Origin: a virus
Lineage: Duplodnaviria; Heunggongvirae; Uroviricota; Caudoviricetes
Length of the DNA stretch: 35,599 nt
Strand: one strand, 5' to 3'
IMG/VR virus record: IMGVR_UViG_3300021255_004328
Shown here: piece by piece, positions 1-6,808 of the stretch
Numbering within the stretch: the first letter of the stretch is position 1
Layout: each line of letters opens with the position of its first letter
The notes under the pieces: model-generated
Told to the model about the DNA's origin: nothing
What the model saw: the letters and a program-made list of their open reading frames with translations, nothing else
Database searches by the model: none
Position numbers and translations under genes: made by a program

Positions 1-178
1 CACGAACAAGAAGTTCTCTTGCATATTCATCTGGGTTATCACGAACATATCTTGCAATTGCAACACATACATCGTGAACATCTTTTGCATTATTAACTTC
101 TTCGGAGATTTTTGAAATGTCTGATGTACGAACCTGAGTCGGTCGTTTCATCGCTTCATTTATTGTTATAACTGCCAT
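1..178 (-). CDS. hypothetical protein, partial (runs off window start)
   Basis: ATG at 178, open to position 1 (MAVITINEAMKRPTQVRTSDISK...); sits just downstream of the promoter motif at 189-217. Confidence 0.6.
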   Translation of the reverse strand, partial: MAVITINEAMKRPTQVRTSDISKISEEVNNAKDVHDVCVAIARYVRDNPDEYARELLVR

Positions 179-188
179 ATTTTATAAT

Positions 189-217
189 AATATAAAAAGA
201 CTTTAGGTAAAGTTTAA
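189..217 (-). promoter_or_regulatory. putative early promoter TTAAAC-N17-TATATT (copy 1 of 4)
   Basis: Minus strand TTAAAC (217-212), 17-nt spacer, TATATT (194-189) continuing as ATTAT; same architecture at 3171-3199, 12850-12878 and 24660-24688. Confidence 0.65.
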
Positions 218-537
218 CTAAAGTCGTAATCAATGTAATCTACTTTAAGTTCATCATAATCACTAAAGAAGTCAATGACTCTTATCATCACTTTGTCTAT
301 AGCACGCCAGCCGCTGTTCTCTGCAGGATTTGATTTCCATTTTTGAAAGTCACCTCGAAGCAAACAGCAATCAAGTAACAAGTTTCGTCCATCTATCTGC
401 TGACTGAACATCCACCATAAGTCGTAGCCATCATTAAGCTGAAGCACATAATAATTCAAAGTATGAGTACTGCCTATATCTTCAGGCTTTTTGTCAGTTA
501 AAAATGTTTTGCAAATAATGTCTTCAACTGTTATCAT
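214..537 (-). CDS. hypothetical protein, paralogue of adjacent gene
   Basis: 107-aa ORF; shares FLTDxKPEDI, WW and LxLxCxLxxG motifs with 538-858. Confidence 0.75.
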   Translation of the reverse strand: MITVEDIICKTFLTDKKPEDIGSTHTLNYYVLQLNDGYDLWWMFSQQIDGRNLLLDCCLLRGDFQKWKSNPAENSGWRAIDKVMIRVIDFFSDYDELKVDYIDYDFS

Positions 538-858
538 TTAATAATACTCAATCTCCCATTCATTTTCACTATGGGTTATATTTTTTATTAAGATATTGAA
601 ACTATCAAGAAACTTATCTGTCATACTATGATAGTGTCCTTTATGAGATTTGAAAAAAGACAAATTACCGTGAATTAAAGTGCAATTAAGAATTAACTCT
701 GTTGGACGGTCATCACAGAAGATACGCCACCAAGTCGTGTTAGTTGGGTTTGTCTTATAATCAATTATATAAATAAGACAGTTGGTGCTAATCAAACTAA
801 TGTCTTCGGGCTTAACGTCTGTTAAAAATACTTTTGTTATAAGTTCGCTTAATGTCAT
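538..858 (-). CDS. hypothetical protein, paralogue of adjacent gene
   Basis: Start moved to ATG 858 (ATGA overlap with the upstream stop); [20 protein letters not shown] aligns with the N-terminus of 214-537. Confidence 0.75.
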   Translation of the reverse strand: MTLSELITKVFLTDVKPEDISLISTNCLIYIIDYKTNPTNTTWWRIFCDDRPTELILNCTLIHGNLSFFKSHKGHYHSMTDKFLDSFNILIKNITHSENEWEIEYY

Positions 859-1331
859 TTTCTGCAGTACTCCCAAGGACCATTAGGCTCATTGTAATCA
901 ACCTTCCCAACTTCAGGATGCGCTTTATTGAAATGATGAAGAGAACACCACTGTAAAGACACTGGGCTTAATATCCAATACAAAAAATCTGCAGCAAAGT
1001 ACTCTTTACACCAAGCATCAAAACTTAATCGGTCTTTGAAAACTTTAGGAACAGGGTCACCAAAGTAATCATTATTGATTTCAATATGGCATCTGTTGCC
1101 ACCAAGAGGATACGCTTCCCAAGTTTCTATGTGATTACGCAAAAACTTTACAACACCAAGATCAGCGCCATCTATATAAGGGTAACCGTCATAATGAATT
1201 ATTGAAGCAACAATGTCACCTGCAGAAAAAGATACATTTATAATGTTATCAGCGCCGTTCTGTAAGCGCTGCCGATAAGTTCTTTCAACATCAAAATTAA
1301 GTTTCTCTGCAATTATTGCTACTGTGCTCAT
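855..1331 (-). CDS. conserved phage hypothetical protein (HYDGYP motif)
   Basis: 158 aa; SIIHYDGYP...G...FLRNH resembles the widespread phage 'YxHxDGYP' family. Confidence 0.7.
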   Translation of the reverse strand: MSTVAIIAEKLNFDVERTYRQRLQNGADNIINVSFSAGDIVASIIHYDGYPYIDGADLGVVKFLRNHIETWEAYPLGGNRCHIEINNDYFGDPVPKVFKDRLSFDAWCKEYFAADFLYWILSPVSLQWCSLHHFNKAHPEVGKVDYNEPNGPWEYCRK

Positions 1332-1702
1332 TTATGAATCCTAGGTATTATTTTCTTCAGTCTAAAATAATTTTTACAAGTATCTTCATCAGGCGGAGAA
1401 CAAAAATCATAATACTCATCGCCTGATGCAAATTTTTTAGCTCTCCCCTTATAATCGCCTGTGCTTATTATTGCAGCAATCCAGCTTATCTGATAAGGCT
1501 CTAAATCTTTATTTGTCAAAACACATACGCCATCAGAAGAGTTAACATAAAAGATAAGATATGAATAATTACCAACTATGAGAGATCGGATTACGATTTC
1601 GTTAAGAGGGAGACTTTCTAAATCAGGCATCTCTAAAACAAAATCGAAGTAATGATACTGTTCTTGATGAAATTGATTTTTACCGTTAAAGAATTGAGCC
1701 AT
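1328..1702 (-). CDS. hypothetical protein
   Basis: 124-aa ORF, 4-bp overlap with the next gene, GGTGG upstream of ATG. Confidence 0.7.
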   Translation of the reverse strand: MAQFFNGKNQFHQEQYHYFDFVLEMPDLESLPLNEIVIRSLIVGNYSYLIFYVNSSDGVCVLTNKDLEPYQISWIAAIISTGDYKGRAKKFASGDEYYDFCSPPDEDTCKNYFRLKKIIPRIHK

Positions 1703-1715
1703 ATAAAAGCCACCA

Positions 1716-1750
1716 TAAAAAGATAGAGGGTTGACATAACATCAACCCTC
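1716..1750 (-). terminator. intrinsic terminator
   Basis: 9-bp stem GAGGGTTGA (1726-1734) / TCAACCCTC (1742-1750); minus strand continues TATCTTTTTA. Confidence 0.65.
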
Positions 1751-2128
1751 GGGGATTAGCGCACCGCGCTCTGTTCCTCCACCACTTGCTTTTTAGGAAA
1801 GCAAGAAAACCGAGGGTGTCCCGATTTCTCGAAACAACTTATCCACCACCAATTTTTGAGAAAAATTGGAAAACAACAGTCAAGGAGTAACCATCAACTC
1901 TTAACTGTAGTGGGAGGTGTAATCACCCAACCCCACCGCCAGCAGTTTTCTGTCAAAACTGCAAACTCTCAAAGGGATCCTGAACCTTTAAGAAGTTTCA
2001 CTTTCACTTTCAGTTGTCCGAACTCAACTAAAGCAGGGAGGGAAACCGAAAGCAATCCCTATGGGGATAATCTCCACCACCAAGTTTCATTGATGTTTTC
2101 AGAAGGAAGCTTCAAAAAACTTGGAAAC
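1751..2128. ncRNA. unidentified structured RNA region with four NCCA-hairpin-AAAC modules
   Basis: Dense perfect hairpins (1785-1805, 1849-1869, 1942-1962, arms 2080-2087/2117-2124), each preceded by TCCACCA or CCGCCA and followed by AAA(A)C; no credible CDS; strand not resolved. Confidence 0.6.
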
Positions 2129-2140
2129 AAATACCTTAAG

Positions 2141-2521
2141 TGGAGCTAAGGGGAATCGAACCCCTGTCCTATGTAACTGACCGCTAACACTTCTTTACAG
2201 GCTTAAACTCCATTATTTTAGGCTTAAGGAACGGAGCAAAAACTATAGTTTGGTTGTTGATACAATCTCAGAAGCCACCAATAAACCGCTTCTTTTGAAG
2301 GCTGCTCTTTTGTGATACAACTCCATTTGGAAAGCAATAGCCGTCTGGGTTGCAACTAAGGGAGTTTATCCCCTTAGGTTAGGCAGCGATTCTTGCGAAT
2401 ACGCTGTTGCTCTTGCGAGCGAAAACTGAACGTTTTGTTGCAGTTATTTTTTTCCGTATTAAGGTCGGCACCTTTACCTGATGTTAGAAACCACTTTACA
2501 AGTCGAAACCTGTGTAGCCCC
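2141..2521 (-). ncRNA. ssrA: tmRNA (transfer-messenger RNA)
   Basis: 5' GGGGCTACACAGGTTTCGAC; 3' GGACAGGGGTTCGATTCCCCTTAGCTCCA; acceptor stem GGGGCTA/TAGCTCC with G3.U70 and A73; pk1-like AAGGT-GCCG-ACCTT...CGG; ATAACT-GCA resume site; CCA not encoded (CTT follows). Confidence 0.95.
2379..2441 (-). other. tmRNA tag reading frame ATKRSVFARKSNSVFARIAA*
   Basis: GCA resume codon after ATAACT, 20 codons ending GCT GCC TAA, followed by hairpin CTAAGGG...CCCTTAG. Confidence 0.85.
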
Positions 2522-2606
2522 TTATATTCAATATATTAACAAGAACTTTAGATTAAATCCAAAATCCTTCTTAATCTCTCTATATTCAAATTATGCCACC
2601 TGATAA

Positions 2607-2765
2607 TTAGCGGATTATGTTTGCAAAAATAGTTGCGTTCCTTCGCTGAACAATTTTACCATCTTTGCGGCCGATAAATACGCCTGCTGTCTTGTTGTAA
2701 GAAAGCTGCCATCCATTGAACTCAGCATCAAAGCCGCGACGAACTGTTTCCAAAAGTTCCATCAT
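2607..2765 (-). CDS. small hypothetical protein (52 aa; below ORF-track cutoff)
   Basis: GGAGG SD at 2775-2779 then ATG; MMELLETVRRGFDAEFNGWQLSYNKTAGVFIGRKDGKIVQRRNATIFANIIR*. Confidence 0.7.
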   Translation of the reverse strand: MMELLETVRRGFDAEFNGWQLSYNKTAGVFIGRKDGKIVQRRNATIFANIIR

Positions 2766-2785
2766 AATTAAAACCTCCTGCGCCT

Positions 2786-3064
2786 TTACGCAACATAAGT
2801 TGTATATTCGTTAGTTCCGCTGTCTCTTTCAAGAACAGTTTGAACCATTTTAAGGCCTAAGTCATTTCCAACAAAATCCTGCAAGTCTGCAACTTTTCTT
2901 ATTGAACCATCAGGAAGTTGTCTTTCTTCAGAAGAAGCTGAAAGACCGCCCACGCCAACCATTGCAAGAGCGTCCCACATTGAACTGTATTTTTTAGGAG
3001 TCATATTCCCGTTGCCGTAATCAGCAACAAGGTCTGCAATCAACTCTTTTTTAGCAAGTTCCAT
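2786..3064 (-). CDS. hypothetical protein
   Basis: Start moved to ATG 3064 (GGAG-TTAACA-ATG); 92 aa. Confidence 0.7.
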   Translation of the reverse strand: MELAKKELIADLVADYGNGNMTPKKYSSMWDALAMVGVGGLSASSEERQLPDGSIRKVADLQDFVGNDLGLKMVQTVLERDSGTNEYTTYVA

Positions 3065-3065
3065 T

Positions 3066-3165
3066 GTTAACTCCAATGAAGGTTTCCCGCTCCTTGGGTC
3101 CACCTACAAACCCCGTAAACCATCGGTAAGAACCGACTCAATGCAGGCTGTCAACCAACCTGACA
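3066..3165 (-). promoter_or_regulatory. structured 5' leader, possible cis-regulatory RNA
   Basis: Locally GC-richer; hairpins at 3144-3162, 3123-3136 and 3079-3095 between the promoter motif and the SD of 2786-3064. Confidence 0.4.
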
Positions 3166-3170
3166 ATAAT

Positions 3171-3199
3171 AATATAAAGAGAGATAATAAAAAGTATAA
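3171..3199 (-). promoter_or_regulatory. putative early promoter (copy 2; TTATAC-N17-TATATT)
   Basis: Same spacing and TATATTATTATTG core as the other three copies. Confidence 0.6.
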
Positions 3200-3203
3200 A
3201 TTT

Positions 3204-3253
3204 CTCTTATACTTTTTTTCTATTCCCTCCATCATAGTTCAAAAATTCGCCTT
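3204..3253. repeat. dispersed inverted repeat, copy A
   Basis: Core 3221-3253 matches the reverse complement of 15983-16015 at 32/33 nt; weaker similarity extends to about 50 nt. Confidence 0.85.
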
Positions 3254-3878
3254 AGTCGTGGTTTTCGCCTTCTTTCCAAGGGAAGTATGGGAACATAGCG
3301 CCGCACTTTTTGCAAAGCACATAATCATCACCGTGCATAATGTTCATAGGCAATTTTATATAACGGAAAGCTTCTCCGCCGCAGTTAGGACAAGGCCCTT
3401 TATTGCCATCAGGCATTGTATTAGTTCCCCAAGTTCCTATAACGCCGCTGCTGCTTTTACTTACTTTTTCAACTTCATCTTTATTTGCCCAAAGGTTAAG
3501 GTCACTTATGCTGTGGCCACTCAAATCATACCAGTTGCAATCGCCTTGTCCAATTGGCTGGTCAAGAACAACTATTTTGTTACTTCCGTTATCTGCAAAC
3601 CAATCTTCGACTTCATCATATCCTTCTTCACTTGCAGCGTCTTCAACGCCATCTCTAAAAAGCTCGCGGCGGAAATCTTTCAATTCACCAAAGCCAATAA
3701 CAGTTGCACCCATATCTTCGCCAAAAGGTCCTGTATGTTTTGCTTCAACTGTAACGCCGTTGCAAAGAAGCGCTTCCAATTGTTCTTTAGTCTCTACTTC
3801 ACTTTGATAATATTCTGACTCCTGAAGCACAGCCTCAAATAATTTTTTGTCCATCATTATCTCCTTAAAATTTTCCAA
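3252..3878 (-). CDS. hypothetical protein with C-terminal zinc ribbon
   Basis: Acidic 208-aa ORF, CPNC...CKKC near C-terminus; true start may be 3857 or 3854. Confidence 0.75.
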   Translation of the reverse strand: MENFKEIMMDKKLFEAVLQESEYYQSEVETKEQLEALLCNGVTVEAKHTGPFGEDMGATVIGFGELKDFRRELFRDGVEDAASEEGYDEVEDWFADNGSNKIVVLDQPIGQGDCNWYDLSGHSISDLNLWANKDEVEKVSKSSSGVIGTWGTNTMPDGNKGPCPNCGGEAFRYIKLPMNIMHGDDYVLCKKCGAMFPYFPWKEGENHD

Positions 3879-4566
3879 ACGGCAAATGAACTTTTACACA
3901 ATCACCTTCGATTGTCATATTATGTTCAATGTCTTTATATTTATAACCGTAATCTTTTGGAACTGTGCGACAAAAGTTTTTACGGAATTCTTCTGTGTCT
4001 TCAATTGGGTGCTCGAAAACAATTGTTATGTCTTCATCACCGTTAGGTAAACAATCAATCATTTTATTGTCATTAAAACGATTGTATATTCTTTCCCAGT
4101 TTTTGTAAAGATTGTGCATAAACTTGCTAACGTCTTGTTCTGTTCTGTCTGTTGCTTGTCTGTAATCGGCGTGCATCATTTCATTCTGACCGTGCCAACT
4201 GATTGCAACAACTTTTCCGTATGGGAAGATTTCACACTTAAGATATATGTACTTTTTCCTATCTTTTACTGGGACACAAACAGAGAACAAATACAATTCG
4301 CCGCCTTCTTTGTTTCTGTTAGGTAAAACACATATTAAATTTTTTGGCTCAAGAAACATATCAATAATCTTACAAGAAGTCTCTTTTGTCAAATGTTCAT
4401 TATGCATAAAGTCACGATTTTTATCTCTGTCTGCAATTTCAAACCTATGAGCTTTGATAGCTTGTTTGATTTTTGCAACAGCAGATGCGGCCTCTTCAGG
4501 AGTATGATGTCTTATTGCATTTGCTTTTGTTTCAAGCAGTATTTCAAGAAAAACTTTATCGTTCAT
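3865..4566 (-). CDS. MqsR-like (RelE-superfamily) RNase domain fused to an unknown C-terminal domain
   Basis: RDKNRDF...LT...II..FL...ELYLFS...IYLK...VVAISWH matches the MqsR-like pattern RxKN...ExWxF...IYIK...CISFH. Confidence 0.55.
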   Translation of the reverse strand: MNDKVFLEILLETKANAIRHHTPEEAASAVAKIKQAIKAHRFEIADRDKNRDFMHNEHLTKETSCKIIDMFLEPKNLICVLPNRNKEGGELYLFSVCVPVKDRKKYIYLKCEIFPYGKVVAISWHGQNEMMHADYRQATDRTEQDVSKFMHNLYKNWERIYNRFNDNKMIDCLPNGDEDITIVFEHPIEDTEEFRKNFCRTVPKDYGYKYKDIEHNMTIEGDCVKVHLPFGKF

Positions 4567-4574
4567 AGCCTTTA

Positions 4575-4595
4575 AACTAAATTATATATTTAGTT
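4575..4595. promoter_or_regulatory. palindromic divergent ACTAAAT motif pair
   Basis: AACTAAAT-TATAT-ATTTAGTT between divergent genes starting at 4566 (-) and 4607 (+). Confidence 0.55.
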
Positions 4596-4606
4596 GGAGG
4601 TTATAT

Positions 4607-5089
4607 ATGAAGACAGAAGCGGAGTACTGTTCTGTTATAATTCATTCACTTAATGAAGCAGGCATAGGGTATAAGATCCCAGACCCGTCTGGTCAATTTG
4701 CTGCAACAATCAAAAGATGCTTTGATATTATCGGAAGAATTGGTGAGTGTCCTGTTTACTTGGAAGCAAAGTTTAATAAAAAGATGGCGGCTTGTTCAAT
4801 GAAAAAAGTTGAAGAGCATCAGGCTTCTTATCTTGATGAGTTTGCAAAAATTCCAAATGCAATGTGTTTCCTTGCTTGGGGTATTCAGGTTGCAAGAGGT
4901 GATTGCCGTTCATATATTTTCGATTGGCGAGCAGTGTCGGAGTTATATAAAAAAGGGTATTCATTTCATATCAAAGAATTAGAAAAGTTACCTTATAATG
5001 AAATACATAAAAGCACATTTCAGTTTGTTAATATCATTACAAAAGAAGATATTATAAAAGCTTGTGGAGATATTTATGATAAAAGCTAA
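4607..5089 (+). CDS. recU: RecU-like Holliday junction resolvase (PD-(D/E)XK)
   Basis: KIPD...FDIIG...VYLEAK...EEHQxxYL follows the RecU motif order; GGAGG SD. Confidence 0.7.
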   Translation: MKTEAEYCSVIIHSLNEAGIGYKIPDPSGQFAATIKRCFDIIGRIGECPVYLEAKFNKKMAACSMKKVEEHQASYLDEFAKIPNAMCFLAWGIQVARGDCRSYIFDWRAVSELYKKGYSFHIKELEKLPYNEIHKSTFQFVNIITKEDIIKACGDIYDKS

Positions 5090-5264
5090 ATATGTTTGTC
5101 CTGAATGTAAAAAAGAAGTGATTGTAAAATTTAAGGCAGGAGAAACTCCTGCCTGTCCAAAATGCTGTAATAAAGATATGATTCGCCAATATGGCACAGT
5201 TAAGCTAGGCGATACAGTTGATGAACAAATGATTCACCTAGCCCAATCAATGTTGTACTCTTAA
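5076..5264 (+). CDS. FmdB-like zinc-ribbon protein
   Basis: YVCPEC...CPKC...MIRQYG; start moved to ATG 5076. Confidence 0.7.
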   Translation: MIKAKYVCPECKKEVIVKFKAGETPACPKCCNKDMIRQYGTVKLGDTVDEQMIHLAQSMLYS

Positions 5265-6358
5265 AGTCCCTGTCTGTCAGGTGCAATGTAATCCCAAATT
5301 TTTTCTGCAGGTTCTTCAAAGCCGTATTCAAACAACTCACTTGCAAGGTCATCAAGTTCTTCAAAAGATGCATCGCCACGATTGAAAATATCTCTGTGCA
5401 TATCAATAAGATCTTTTCCGCCATCCAAGTTCTGAATGTCTCTGATAACATCATAAAGTAATTCTTTAACACTATAGCCGTTAACATTTTCTTTAAGGAA
5501 ACTTTCTACAAGTTTGTTGTCTTCAACTTTTTTCGACTCATTAAGAGGTCCAAGAATTGCATCTGGGTCAATCTTCAAGTAGCGAGCCATCTCTGATTGT
5601 GTAATACCGTGATCTTTCAAAATATCACCAATATCAAGCGCAGAGTACAAAGTTGCTTTTGTTACTCCAAGTTCATCTGCAATCTGTGGAACTGTTTTTT
5701 CTCCAGTCAATACTTTTGCAATAACAACTTTTCTTGGTGTTGAGATTTTCTTTGAAAGAGGTTCATTCATTCTTGGGTCACGACAGAAGTCTTTCCAGTC
5801 TTCAAGGAAGTCGGCATCGTGTTCATCTTCCGCGCCGCCAACCATTGAGTCCCAAGCGTTTCCTGTTCCTGCGCCTTTGCTTTCTGTTTCAGATGTCATA
5901 CCGTCAGGATTTATTGCGCCTTTTGTAGGATCATCGTCTTCTTTGTTGTTGTATGAAATTGCTTCAGCTTTCAAGTAGCGTCCCAAGTAGTATTGGAAGT
6001 TTCCGATTTTCATATCTTGGTATTCATCTGGGTTGAAAGCTTTAATTGCTTTTTCAAACGCAATATATACCAAAGACAAGAAGTCGCCAAACTCGCCGTT
6101 TGCAATTCTCATTTTGATAACTTTCTTTGAAGCTTCTTTTCCAATGAAGTTTGTCCAGAAAGTATAGAAAATCATTTTCTTACATTTGTTCAAAAGGAAA
6201 ATTTCAGCATCATCGTCGCCTTCTTTTGCGTCAAAGATTGCCCCAAGCAAGTCATCCTCATATTCACGAGCTTTATCAGTCATAGCGAAAAGTTCGTCAA
6301 ATTGAGAATTCAACGCTCCGTAGTTATCTTCCTTTGCTTCTTTTATCTGTTCAGCCAT
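5261..6358 (-). CDS. sigma-70-like factor with extra HTH and acidic C-terminal domain
   Basis: Region-2-like AKEGDDDA...DFLSLVYIAFEKAIKAFNP...FQYY; region-4 HTH TVPQIADELGVTKATL; second HTH ITQSEMARYLKI; ATG 6358 with GGAG SD (track starts at GTG 6370). Confidence 0.7.
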   Translation of the reverse strand: MAEQIKEAKEDNYGALNSQFDELFAMTDKAREYEDDLLGAIFDAKEGDDDAEIFLLNKCKKMIFYTFWTNFIGKEASKKVIKMRIANGEFGDFLSLVYIAFEKAIKAFNPDEYQDMKIGNFQYYLGRYLKAEAISYNNKEDDDPTKGAINPDGMTSETESKGAGTGNAWDSMVGGAEDEHDADFLEDWKDFCRDPRMNEPLSKKISTPRKVVIAKVLTGEKTVPQIADELGVTKATLYSALDIGDILKDHGITQSEMARYLKIDPDAILGPLNESKKVEDNKLVESFLKENVNGYSVKELLYDVIRDIQNLDGGKDLIDMHRDIFNRGDASFEELDDLASELFEYGFEEPAEKIWDYIAPDRQGL

Positions 6359-6391
6359 TATAGTCTCCACTAATAAAATAATTAGTGGAAC

Positions 6392-6799
6392 TTATATTAT
6401 CTTTCGTGGGTTATTATAAACAATTATTTTGTGTGGCTTGTTTTTTGATTGACATAATATAATGTCGTGTTTTGTGCCTCTACTTTGTCCGTCCCATAGA
6501 ATAAGGCAGTAATCACACTTGTCTACCATCTCAATGTTCCGCTTAAAGCCTGCCCACGCACCATATTTATCCCATTCAGCAGGAAAATCCCAAGTAAGAA
6601 CTTTATGTTTATCTGCCCAATCTTTTGCAATTTTATCAACACCACGAGCAAGACCTTGAATAATTACAAAATCTCTATCGCCTGTCCCATATTTTGCTTC
6701 TTGGTCTTTATAAACAAACTTAAGATACTCTTCTATTTGATGTTCAATCCAAGGCACATCGGTAATTGTCCTTGAACCGCAAACCATTACTCCAACCAT
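6392..6799 (-). CDS. SLOG-superfamily protein (DUF2493/YspA-like)
   Basis: VCGSR...IIQGLARGVD...FPAEWDKYGxxAGFKRNxEM...WDGQSRGT. Confidence 0.85.
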   Translation of the reverse strand: MVGVMVCGSRTITDVPWIEHQIEEYLKFVYKDQEAKYGTGDRDFVIIQGLARGVDKIAKDWADKHKVLTWDFPAEWDKYGAWAGFKRNIEMVDKCDYCLILWDGQSRGTKHDIILCQSKNKPHKIIVYNNPRKII

Positions 6800-6808
6800 T
6801 GTTGCACC

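Noticed and set aside
1731-1760. TTGACA as a plus-strand sigma-70 promoter for the structured RNA
   Set aside because: It is part of the terminator stem and has no credible -10 at 16-18 nt spacing
1751-2128. CRISPR mini-array or RNase P RNA
   Set aside because: Repeats share only ~7-10 nt with irregular spacing; the RNase P signatures GAGGAAAGUCC and the CR-V motif are absent on both strands
1856-2149. 97-aa plus-strand ORF
   Set aside because: TTG start without SD, overlaps dense hairpins and the tmRNA 3' end; no protein features
2523-2589. TATATTCAA direct repeat upstream of tmRNA
   Set aside because: A 9-nt AT-rich match is expected by chance at this composition
3141-3818. 225-aa plus-strand ORF and the many other antisense ORFs in the track (e.g. 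3403-3807, 8446-8799, 11445-11834, 13814-14140, 20786-21145, 22614-23060, 25511-25879)
   Set aside because: Shadows of well-supported genes on the opposite strand; hydrophobic/Phe-Ser-rich composition typical of antisense frames
3252-4566. Classical MqsR-MqsA toxin-antitoxin operon
   Set aside because: The downstream protein has a Zn ribbon at its C-terminus and no HTH, unlike MqsA
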